The notes below the pieces were generated by a model. The model did no database searches, was not told the origin of the DNA, and saw nothing but the letters and a program-made list of their open reading frames with translations. A stretch of DNA of 64,000 nt from Dehalococcoidia bacterium (GTDB lineage Bacteria > Chloroflexota > Dehalococcoidia > Lucifugimonadales > UBA3495). Position 1 is the first letter of the stretch, and each line of letters starts with the position of its first letter. The translations under genes and the position numbers were made by a program. This document shows positions 8,422 through 16,173 of this stretch, piece by piece. The stretch covers positions 1,301,463 through 1,365,462 of the forward strand of contig OZ220473.1 of assembly GCA_965115955.1 (NCBI GenBank), written 5' to 3'.

Positions 8422-9483
8422 CTACAGCGGCAATGCCACGGTCTGGCCGGTCTGGGAGCTGCGGGTAACGGCCTCGGTGAACTCCATGTACTGGACGCCG
8501 ATGTCGAAGGGGGTGTGGGTCACAGGCTCCAGGCCGCGGATGGCGTTGCAGAACTCCTCTTCCACGCGCCACTTGCCGCGGTTCGTAACGGGCAGATCAG
8601 ACAGGGCCTCATCGCCGCGCTTGCCGCCCAGCGCCCTGTTGAAGGGCGGGCCTTGCAGGCTGATGGTGCCGTCGGAGCCGAAAATCCAGAGGTCAGAGCC
8701 GGTCTGGAGCCCGGTGACCGCGCTCCAACTGAAATCGGCGGCTGCCCCGCAGCCCATCTCGGCCAGCACGTTCACGTGGTCGGGCACCGTTACCGCCCGC
8801 ATCACTCCGTTCTCGTCGGGGCGGCGGTTGGCGAAAGTGCGGGTCATGGCCGAGACTTTCGTGGCCGGGCCAACGTAGCGCATAATCGTCTCATACCAGA
8901 TACCCATGCCCAGGATGTTGTATCCGCTCAGAGTGCGGTCCTGGCGCCAGTGTATAGGCGAGTCTGTCTCGATGAAGGTATCGGCTCGGTTGGCCCGCCC
9001 GTGGTAGTCGCAGACCCGCAGGCGGACGGCCAGGATGTCGCCCAGGTAGCCGCTGCCGATGTGCTCGATGACGGTGTTGTCGACTTCCAGTGTCTGCGGC
9101 GCAGGGACAATCTGCGTCACCAGGTCGGGATGCAGGCGGCTGGCGTCCAGCATTTCGTGGGCCTCGTCGGCGTTCATCGCCATACGGGCCTCGGTCAGCA
9201 CGTGCTTGCCCGCCGACAGCGCCGCGATGACCAGGTTGCGGTGCATATAGGGCCATGTGCCGATGCAGACGGCGTCGAGGCTGTCGTCATTGAGCAGGTC
9301 TGCCCAGTTGTCGTAGACCCTGGGGATCTCATACTCGCCGGCGATGCGCTCGCCGGATTCGCGGCTGCGGTTGGCAACTGCGGCGATTTCCACATCGCGC
9401 TGCTCGCGGAAGCCCGGGATGTGGCGCAGGCGGGTGTTGGCTCCGGCCCCGATCAGGCCTACGCGGATTATTCCGTTTGTCAT
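8422..9483 (-). CDS. Gfo/Idh/MocA family oxidoreductase (paralog)
   Basis: 'IRVGLIGAGANTRLRHIPGF'. The C-terminus 'FTEAVTRSSQTGQTVALPL' is nearly identical to that of 6770-7807. Confidence 0.85.
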   Translation of the reverse strand: MTNGIIRVGLIGAGANTRLRHIPGFREQRDVEIAAVANRSRESGERIAGEYEIPRVYDNWADLLNDDSLDAVCIGTWPYMHRNLVIAALSAGKHVLTEARMAMNADEAHEMLDASRLHPDLVTQIVPAPQTLEVDNTVIEHIGSGYLGDILAVRLRVCDYHGRANRADTFIETDSPIHWRQDRTLSGYNILGMGIWYETIMRYVGPATKVSAMTRTFANRRPDENGVMRAVTVPDHVNVLAEMGCGAAADFSWSAVTGLQTGSDLWIFGSDGTISLQGPPFNRALGGKRGDEALSDLPVTNRGKWRVEEEFCNAIRGLEPVTHTPFDIGVQYMEFTEAVTRSSQTGQTVALPL

Positions 9484-9622
9484 CAGAAAAGCTCCTCGGA
9501 GTATGATGTTCGCAATTCTATCACGGCGGAAATTTCAACACAGACGACGCAGAGAGAGCCGGGAACGCAGGAAGGATTCCCTATATAATTCCCGATGGCC
9601 TTTATGCGCTCTGGGGTGATAT

Positions 9623-10144
9623 GTGGGATTTCCGGCGGCCTTGTTTGCTCCGTTTCAAGCCTTCCTGAACGCTCTGTTCTCGGCGCGGGTGCGAGTGGAG
9701 GGCGACAGCATGACGCCGACGCTGGAGCATGGGCAGTCGGTGCTGGCGGTGCGGCCCGTATTCCCGTGGAACCGCCTGCAACGGGGCGATGTGGTGGTGC
9801 TGGCGCCGCCCGGTCCAACGCCCGGCCTGCCGGAGGGAACGTGGTTCATCAAACGCCTGGCCGGGATGCCCGACGAGGAAATCGTGCTGGAAGAAGGGCG
9901 CCTTTACGCCGACGACCTGCTGCTGGCGGAGCTTCCCGCATCGGACAGCCGACGGTCGGGACATTCCGGCGGCGAAAGGCGGCGCGAGTGGTGGAACGGC
10001 CCCGACGAGTACTTCGTTTTGGGCGACAACCCGGCCGACAGCCGCGACAGCCGGGCCTTTGGCCCCGTGCCGTCCAGCCGCATCATCGGGCGGGTCTGGC
10101 TTATAGTCTGGCCCCCCGGCGCGTGGGGCAAAGCGCGTGGTTGA
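9623..10144 (+). CDS. lepB: Signal peptidase I
   Basis: 'GDSMTPTL' (catalytic Ser box), 'FIKRLAGMPDEEI' (Lys box) and 'YFVLGDNPADSRDSRAFGPV'. GTG start. Confidence 0.85.
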   Translation: MGFPAALFAPFQAFLNALFSARVRVEGDSMTPTLEHGQSVLAVRPVFPWNRLQRGDVVVLAPPGPTPGLPEGTWFIKRLAGMPDEEIVLEEGRLYADDLLLAELPASDSRRSGHSGGERRREWWNGPDEYFVLGDNPADSRDSRAFGPVPSSRIIGRVWLIVWPPGAWGKARG

Positions 10145-10258
10145 CCTGGGCTTGATCTACGATGTCCACTGGCCCCCCGGCGCGTGGGGCAAAGCGCCCT
10201 TCGAGTTGCCCCGCCACAGGGGGTTGGAGCTGGCCCCCCGGCGCGTGGGGCAAAGTGC
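10108..10258 (+). CRISPR. Orphan CRISPR-like mini-array: three 29-nt repeats and two 32-nt spacers, with no cas genes in the window
   Basis: CTGGCCCCCCGGCGCGTGGGGCAAAGCGC at 10108-10136 and 10169-10197. A one-mismatch copy (..AAAGTGC) lies at 10230-10258. The spacers (10137-10168 and 10198-10229) are unrelated to each other. The repeat has a CCCC...GGGG palindromic core plus an 8-nt tail. The first repeat lies inside the lepB 3' end. Confidence 0.4.
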
Positions 10259-10333
10259 GCCAGGGTGTTTAACGCAGAGGCAAAATGTAATATCATAGAT
10301 TGTTGTATCTTTTATTCGCCTGACTTGTGAGAG

Positions 10334-12157
10334 TTGTTCTTGACTGATTCGAGTTTCCCGCCTGGAGCGCTGATCCGCGACAATCGCTCCATGGTGGGCA
10401 GGGTCGTCGCGGGCAGCGGGAGCGCGGAATTCGACGGTAAGACTGTAGACCTTGTAACAGTCGACTTCTGGGGCGAAAAGCAAAGGAGGCCGGCAGACTG
10501 GCTTACCTTGCTGGAGCGAAACAGCCCAGAAGCCCTTCTGTATGACCGGCCGGCGGAGCTGGAGCCATGGGCCGGAGAAGCGCCTCTGAAGCTGGTTGCG
10601 CTGGCCCTGTATGCCAGCGGGGGAAAGGGTAAGGTCGCCAGCATCCGGCAAAAACTGGATGGGCGTGTCCCCGGGATACACTGGGAAGGCTGGTGGAAGA
10701 AGGCCCTGCCGCAGATGAGGGAGCTGCCGGAACACTTCGGCATTGCCAGGGTTGGCAAGGACAGCGAATACAGCCTTCTTACTAGCGTTGATGCCGTTCC
10801 CAGCGCAAGTCAGTTGAAACCGCCCAAAACAGCGAAGAAAAAAGGCGCAGATTCTGCCGATTGGAGAAGATGGCTGGAGTCGGGTGCTCCAGTTCAACCC
10901 CCGGGACGATTCCCGGCAAGGCAAGTGGCCGACTCCTTTCCCGTCTGGTCGGCTAAATGGTCGGATAAGGCGGTCAATGATGCCCTTTTCCAATTCATGC
11001 TGGCCGCAGAGGAATTCCTGTCTTCCGGCAACGCATCCGCCCTGGCCGCTGAGGGCTGGCTGCGGGCCGTGGCTCAGGCCGCTTTGCGCTGGCGCGAAAC
11101 CGGACAAGGGGATATCAGGGGCTACACTGCGGCGCGAGTCGGCGGAACGCTGGCCCGGCTGTCCAGAGCGACAGGAGACCGGACGCCGCAGGAGTTGCTG
11201 CTCCAGGCAGGAGCGCTGGCCGGCGAAGCCGATGCCTGGCGGAGGGGATTCGCAGCCGGGATGTGGGATGCCTTCGATGGCGAGGACGCTCGCGATCTGT
11301 ATATAGCGTCTTCCGCCGTTTTAGGGCGCCAGGCCCGGAGCGATCTGGCGCGGGAGCTGTTCTTGGCCGCCTTCGGCCCCGATTTTCCGGCTCAGCGCCG
11401 CTCTGGGCTGGACCGGCTGCTGGATGCGCTGCCGGCGGGCGAGCGGGAGCAGCTTCTGCGAGAGATCATCATATCCGCCCCCCCGGACGAGAGAGAAAAC
11501 GTGCTGGATTACGCGGACGGCAGCAGACACTTCGGCGGCGCAGAGCGGCAGGACTTGCGGTTGCTTGCTGCGTTAACGCTGGGTAACGCCCAGTCTGAGT
11601 TCGTTGCCGGAGTGTCCAGAGAGATGGCCGATGTTCTGACCCAGCCGGATAAATACAGCGAGCCAGTGCAGGCCGTTTTCCTGGAGGGGGCAATCAGGGC
11701 AGAGGCGGCGAATGCCAAAGCTCAACTGGAAGCCCGGAGACTGCAGCAGGTTTATGAAGAGCAAATCGAGCGGGAACGGCAGGAACAGGAGCGGCTCAAA
11801 CAGCAGGTGCGGGAGCGCAACGCAGACCTGGCTGCAAGGCGGGAAGAATCCCGCCTGGAAATTCGCTGGGATATGCTTATTGCTGTTGGCGAGGTGCTAC
11901 AGTCGGTATATAGCAGCAGCCCCCCCGAAGAGACGGTTTGTAATGTAGAGGCGGGGTTGCGCCTGGCGCTGAGGGCCGGCGCAGCCGAGACGCTGGATTC
12001 GGCGCCCGAAGGCTACGACGCCCGGCTGCATAAGGCAACGGAAGCGTTAACGGAATCCACCCCCGTAAGAGTGATTGCGCCGGGCGTTATAGTCCGCGGA
12101 GGAGCTCATGGCGACCGGGTTCTGCTCAAAGCTCACGTCACAAACGAGGTAGGTTAA
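10334..12157 (+). CDS. Large protein with a C-terminal GrpE-like nucleotide-exchange domain (coiled coil plus GrpE core). The N-terminal ~450 aa are unknown.
   Basis: The C-terminal ~150 aa form a long charged helix 'AKAQLEARRLQQVYEEQIERERQEQERLKQQVRERNADLAARREESRLEIRWDM', followed by 'VEAGLRLALR...PEGYDARLHKATEAL...VIAPGVIVRGGAHGDRVLLKAHVT'. By eye this lines up with the E. coli GrpE core. TTG start (10334 or 10340) is uncertain. The stop overlaps the next ATG (TAATG). Confidence 0.6.
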   Translation: MFLTDSSFPPGALIRDNRSMVGRVVAGSGSAEFDGKTVDLVTVDFWGEKQRRPADWLTLLERNSPEALLYDRPAELEPWAGEAPLKLVALALYASGGKGKVASIRQKLDGRVPGIHWEGWWKKALPQMRELPEHFGIARVGKDSEYSLLTSVDAVPSASQLKPPKTAKKKGADSADWRRWLESGAPVQPPGRFPARQVADSFPVWSAKWSDKAVNDALFQFMLAAEEFLSSGNASALAAEGWLRAVAQAALRWRETGQGDIRGYTAARVGGTLARLSRATGDRTPQELLLQAGALAGEADAWRRGFAAGMWDAFDGEDARDLYIASSAVLGRQARSDLARELFLAAFGPDFPAQRRSGLDRLLDALPAGEREQLLREIIISAPPDERENVLDYADGSRHFGGAERQDLRLLAALTLGNAQSEFVAGVSREMADVLTQPDKYSEPVQAVFLEGAIRAEAANAKAQLEARRLQQVYEEQIERERQEQERLKQQVRERNADLAARREESRLEIRWDMLIAVGEVLQSVYSSSPPEETVCNVEAGLRLALRAGAAETLDSAPEGYDARLHKATEALTESTPVRVIAPGVIVRGGAHGDRVLLKAHVTNEVG

Positions 12158-13869
12158 TGGAAATCGTAGGCATCGATTTTGGCACTACCAACGTGCGTAT
12201 CTCCACTTGGGAGCCTGATGCTCCTGACGCGGGTCTGCCGCAGTCGCGCCTGATTGGCAGGGGCGATACCACCGTCATGCCAGTGGTCATCGCGTTGCGG
12301 CGTCAGTCCGGAGGCGGAGTTTCTGTGGTGGTGGGCGAAGACGCCGATTCAATGGAGGATGGGCCAGACACGCTGGTCATACATAACATCAAGCGCTGGG
12401 CGCTGTCGGGCGACCCCTATGTGAAATGGCGCTTTGAGGCCACCGGAACGAAGTGGCCCGACTGGTGGAACCAGGAACTGGGATGCGTCGAGATCTGGGG
12501 GCAGCACTTCCAGCTTAAAAACCTCGTCGCTGAAATCCTCAAGGAGGCCGTCGGCCGCGCCAGGCTGCCCGAACTGTTCGAATGGCGAGCCGGCTGTCCT
12601 GTGCAGGCCGGTTACGACTACCGGGCGATGCTGACCAATGTCCTTTCGGAGATCGCCGGGCAGGGTAGATTGGAATGGGTTGTAGACGAGCCGGTGCTGT
12701 TCCTGGCGGCAGCGCAGCGCAACATTGACCCCGACTCCGGCTTCAGGCTTCAGGGCCTGTATCTCGTCTACGACCTGGGAGGGGGTTCCTTCGACTGCGC
12801 CCTGGTGGAAGTGCAGGAAACCGGAGAAATGGTCGTGTACGGCGCCGATGGAGATCCGTTGCTTGGCGGCTCCAATATTGACCGGGAACTGAAGGCCAGG
12901 CTGGGCGGGGCGGAAAACCTGTTGCGGCTGGCCAAAGAACAAGTGTCGCCGGGTAATCCCAGCGTCCCCTTTGGCGGAAGCGTCGCCCTGACGTGGGCCG
13001 ATGTTGAGGCGGAGATGAAGAGCGGCAAATTTGTTCAGAGATCGCTCATGGCCCTGCGGGACGCCTATATCAGCGCCAAGTCATTGGAGAAGCGCTACGG
13101 CGAAGAATCGGGCGACGGCCCCGGAGACATTATCCTGCATAAGGATGACGACACAGGCGAAGTTCGGTTTGTCCGCCAGCTTGGATACACGGATATGAGC
13201 CGGGAAGTAGACGGAGTAATCATGTACGGCGGCCCGACACGCTCACCTTACTTCGCCGAAAACCTGGCCCTCTGGTTCGGGGAAGCCAATGTGATGCAGG
13301 CCCGCGACTTGATTGGAGGCGTAACAGATCCGGAACTGACCGGAGTAAGCATGGGCGCCTGTTACTTCCATCAAAAGCAGCATTTCCATGAAGTTCCCAG
13401 CAGGCTCCCTTATCAGGTGACGCTGGAAAACTCCCAGACCGGAGAAAGGGTTGCATACCAGCCCCATCAGCATTTCGTAGATTCGTTCCAGCCTTCGGAG
13501 CAGTATGAATCGTCGTGGCTGCAGCAGGAGACCCACAACCCACAGAGCTACGAGCTGACTATCGCAAACCCGGATGGGGTAGTGCTGAAGCGTAAGTGCA
13601 TAGACGGCTACCTGGAGCCGGACGGCAAGCAGCCGGCTACGGGGCTGCGGCTGATCATCGACCGCCTGGGCCCGGTATGCGTGGAGAAGAAGTCGGAAGG
13701 CGTTGGCCTGCCCTGGACCAGGAAGGTCACGGTGGTGGAAAACCCGCCCTGGCAGACCGAAGAACAGCGCAAAATGCTGGAAGATCTGCGCCAGAGGCTA
13801 CGAGAGCGCGAAGAAGCCAGGCGACGACAGACTTCGGCGGCTATTGACCACGCAGACCGGGGTGCATAG
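12157..13869 (+). CDS. Divergent Hsp70/actin-fold ATPase (not canonical DnaK)
   Basis: Phosphate-1 'GIDFGTTN', phosphate-2 'DLGGGSFD' and adenosine motif 'YGGPTRSP'. The C-terminal ~170 aa are unlike the DnaK substrate-binding domain and lid. The protein ends in a charged helix 'EEQRKMLEDLRQRLREREEARRR'. Confidence 0.75.
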   Translation: MEIVGIDFGTTNVRISTWEPDAPDAGLPQSRLIGRGDTTVMPVVIALRRQSGGGVSVVVGEDADSMEDGPDTLVIHNIKRWALSGDPYVKWRFEATGTKWPDWWNQELGCVEIWGQHFQLKNLVAEILKEAVGRARLPELFEWRAGCPVQAGYDYRAMLTNVLSEIAGQGRLEWVVDEPVLFLAAAQRNIDPDSGFRLQGLYLVYDLGGGSFDCALVEVQETGEMVVYGADGDPLLGGSNIDRELKARLGGAENLLRLAKEQVSPGNPSVPFGGSVALTWADVEAEMKSGKFVQRSLMALRDAYISAKSLEKRYGEESGDGPGDIILHKDDDTGEVRFVRQLGYTDMSREVDGVIMYGGPTRSPYFAENLALWFGEANVMQARDLIGGVTDPELTGVSMGACYFHQKQHFHEVPSRLPYQVTLENSQTGERVAYQPHQHFVDSFQPSEQYESSWLQQETHNPQSYELTIANPDGVVLKRKCIDGYLEPDGKQPATGLRLIIDRLGPVCVEKKSEGVGLPWTRKVTVVENPPWQTEEQRKMLEDLRQRLREREEARRRQTSAAIDHADRGA

Positions 13870-13957
13870 CAACTAGCCCTTTGCAGGACACAATGAGAGT
13901 GGAGCACTCTGTTACAGGCGCCCCGCATCTGTTTTGGCTGTCTGCCGCGAGGGACCT

Positions 13958-14239
13958 CTACACCCGCCACAGATCTCCCGTCTGGAAGATTAGGTCGATG
14001 CGGCGGACTTCTTCGGCCGGCCAGCCGGCCATCTTCATCCAGTCCTCGAAGTGGGACTGCTCGACGGCCTCGCACTCGGTGAAGAGCTTGCCGCCCGACG
14101 TGTCGGCGTAGACTTTGAGGATGGTGGTGCGGCGGTCGGGGCGCCACTTGCTTACGCCGCCGGTATAGGCGCCCAGCTTCTCGCGAAATTGCTCCTCGGT
14201 CAGTCCCGATACAGTATGCGTGGCTAGAAACCTGGCCAT
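13958..14239 (-). CDS. Small conserved-looking protein (tentatively DUF4242/SCO4226-like)
   Basis: 93-aa ORF convergent with the Hsp70-like gene. Family assignment is by vague pattern only. Confidence 0.35.
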   Translation of the reverse strand: MARFLATHTVSGLTEEQFREKLGAYTGGVSKWRPDRRTTILKVYADTSGGKLFTECEAVEQSHFEDWMKMAGWPAEEVRRIDLIFQTGDLWRV

Positions 14240-14291
14240 GCCGACCTCACCTCAACTGCGATTGCTCTCTCTGCATTTCCGGGGGCGGCCG

Positions 14292-14858
14292 TCAGTCCCG
14301 GGGCGGTACGAACGGGTAGGGGATGGGCGGGCCGTTCCGCAGGGGCAGCACTACAGTGGCCGCGCCGGGCATACTCTCGATGCCGTCCTGCGTCTTCATG
14401 CCGATTTCCAGGTCGATCAGGCCCATGCCGCCCTTTTCCCGCTTTCCGGTAACGCGCCCCCACATGATCAGCACGTCGCCCGGCACCAGCATGGCGCGAT
14501 GCTCGAACTGCGCCTTCCACGGCCAGCCGCCCGGCAGCGTCCAGTCCTTCAGGTACTGCGGCGCCACGCTCTGCTTCCACGAGCCGTGCACCAGCAGACT
14601 GGGGTTCTTGTCGTGATTCAGGCCAAAGTCCAAATCGTAGTGAATTCGGTGGAAATTCTCTATGGCGGCGCTCCACCGGAACAGGTGCGTAGGCGTGGGG
14701 ACGTAAATATACTTGGGCAGCTCGTCGCCAACCTCCACGTCCTCGAAGCAGGTTTGCTTCTTGTTGCGCAACTGCTCCGCCGAGGGCTTCTCGTTGTGTT
14801 CGAGAATCTGTTCCGGAGTCATCCGGAGCAGTTCTTCCAGGCTTGCGCTCATATTCAT
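14292..14858 (-). CDS. MaoC-like (R)-hydratase hotdog protein (HadB-like subunit)
   Basis: 'HRIHYDLDFGLNHDKNPSLLVHGSW...GDVLIMWGRVTGKRE' is a typical MaoC dehydratase pattern. Confidence 0.7.
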   Translation of the reverse strand: MNMSASLEELLRMTPEQILEHNEKPSAEQLRNKKQTCFEDVEVGDELPKYIYVPTPTHLFRWSAAIENFHRIHYDLDFGLNHDKNPSLLVHGSWKQSVAPQYLKDWTLPGGWPWKAQFEHRAMLVPGDVLIMWGRVTGKREKGGMGLIDLEIGMKTQDGIESMPGAATVVLPLRNGPPIPYPFVPPRD

Positions 14859-14882
14859 GCTCTCTGATCGGGCTGGCGCAGT

Positions 14883-15446
14883 CTAGCGCCGGATGGAGGA
14901 CTGGCGGGTAATGCAGAGCAGGTCGCCGTCCTGGTTGGTGTAGCTGGTCTCGATGGTGATGATCAGAAAGGCGCGCCCGTCGCGCCCGGAGCGTTCCCGG
15001 ATGTCGGAGTACCGGTTCTGGAAAAAAATCTTGTCGCCGATGCCGGGGTACTTGTAAATCTCCAACTCGTTGCCCGCGTTCAGCACTCTTACCAGACTGG
15101 TGGGCACCGGGGGCAGGGCGCCGGGGCGCTCCACGCTTCCTATCCCGTCGGACTCCGGGTTCTCCTTGAAGGCGCGGGTGATGGGGTCTTCCTGCTCGGG
15201 GCGGTGGCGCCCTACCATGTAGCTGACCATGATGGGGGGAGCGATGATGCCGCCGAAGCGTGTGCTCTCGGCAAACTCCTTGTCCCAGTACCGGGGGTCG
15301 GGGTCCATCACCGCCTGGGTGAAGCGGCGCAGGTATTCCTCGTCAACGCAGCCCCACGATTCGACCACTTCGCCTTCCACGCCGATCATGGCGCGGACCT
15401 CCGGCGTCATGGCCGATTCGGTGTCTTGCCGGGGCTGCTGCGTCAT
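14883..15446 (-). CDS. MaoC N-terminal / FAS1-like dehydratase hotdog protein (HadA-like subunit)
   Basis: 'EYLRRFTQAVMDPDPRYWD...GGIIAPPIM'. Sits directly upstream of the MaoC partner. Confidence 0.65.
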   Translation of the reverse strand: MTQQPRQDTESAMTPEVRAMIGVEGEVVESWGCVDEEYLRRFTQAVMDPDPRYWDKEFAESTRFGGIIAPPIMVSYMVGRHRPEQEDPITRAFKENPESDGIGSVERPGALPPVPTSLVRVLNAGNELEIYKYPGIGDKIFFQNRYSDIRERSGRDGRAFLIITIETSYTNQDGDLLCITRQSSIRR

Positions 15447-15533
15447 GGCCGTCTCCTCTTAACCTGGCGAAGGGGTGGCGAAGCGAAGGAACATTGATGG
15501 GGAAAGCCTACCCCAGCCCCGCAGGTTAGTCAA

Positions 15534-15630
15534 CCGGGTCTGTCCAGCCGGGTCTGTCCAGCCGGGTCTGTCCAGCCGGGTCTGTCCAGCCGGGTCTGTC
15601 CAGCCGGGTCTGTCCAGCCGGGTCCGACAG
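15534..15630. repeat. 14-nt tandem repeat CCGGGTCTGTCCAG, six perfect copies plus one degenerate copy
   Basis: Perfect copies from 15534 to 15617, then CCGGGTCCGACAG. Intergenic, upstream of the hotdog operon. Confidence 0.9.
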
Positions 15631-15677
15631 ACAGGGGGGCTCGATGCCGGAGGAAAGCATCCTTGCCGGGTTCCCGC

Positions 15678-16148
15678 TTACACTGTCGGTTGGCCCAACC
15701 CGCCGCAGGGGGCAGGAACCGCCTCGTCCTCGCCGGGCCAGGGGGGCGTCGTGTGGCACAGGAAGCGCAGGGAGGCGCCCGGGTCGGCGGTGAACTGGAA
15801 GCGCCAGCCGGCGGGGATGACCAGCGCATCGCCCGGCGATACATCCTGCGGCGGGACGGATGCGGCTCTGGCGTCCGGCGGGCAGCGCCAGACGCGGCCC
15901 CAGCCCTCCAGGATGTACCATATCTCTTCCACCGTGCGATGATGCACTGGGCGCGAGACCTGGCCGGCGGGGAGCGTTACCTCGACCATGCTGCTTCTGG
16001 AGGCCCGATGGCGTCGGTCGGCCAGCAGGCGTATCTCCGACCCGTCGGGCGCCGCCGCGTCGGGGTGGACGGCCCGTCGCGACAGCGGGAGCGGCGGAGT
16101 TCTGCCCGTCGCGTTCCCGGAATCAGCCGGAAGTCCGCTTTCTCTCAC
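15678..16148 (-). CDS. Cupin domain protein
   Basis: 'HHRTVEEIWYILEGWGRVW...GDALVIPAGWRFQF' cupin motifs. Confidence 0.7.
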   Translation of the reverse strand: MRESGLPADSGNATGRTPPLPLSRRAVHPDAAAPDGSEIRLLADRRHRASRSSMVEVTLPAGQVSRPVHHRTVEEIWYILEGWGRVWRCPPDARAASVPPQDVSPGDALVIPAGWRFQFTADPGASLRFLCHTTPPWPGEDEAVPAPCGGLGQPTV

Positions 16149-16173
16149 GCCGTCTCTGCGTCTGCGAGGCCGA

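Noticed and set aside
12157-13869. Calling the Hsp70-like gene dnaK and the upstream gene grpE.
   Set aside because: The ATPase lacks a recognisable DnaK substrate-binding domain, lid and C-terminal motif. The GrpE-like region is only the last quarter of a 607-aa protein. The canonical gene order and dnaJ are absent.
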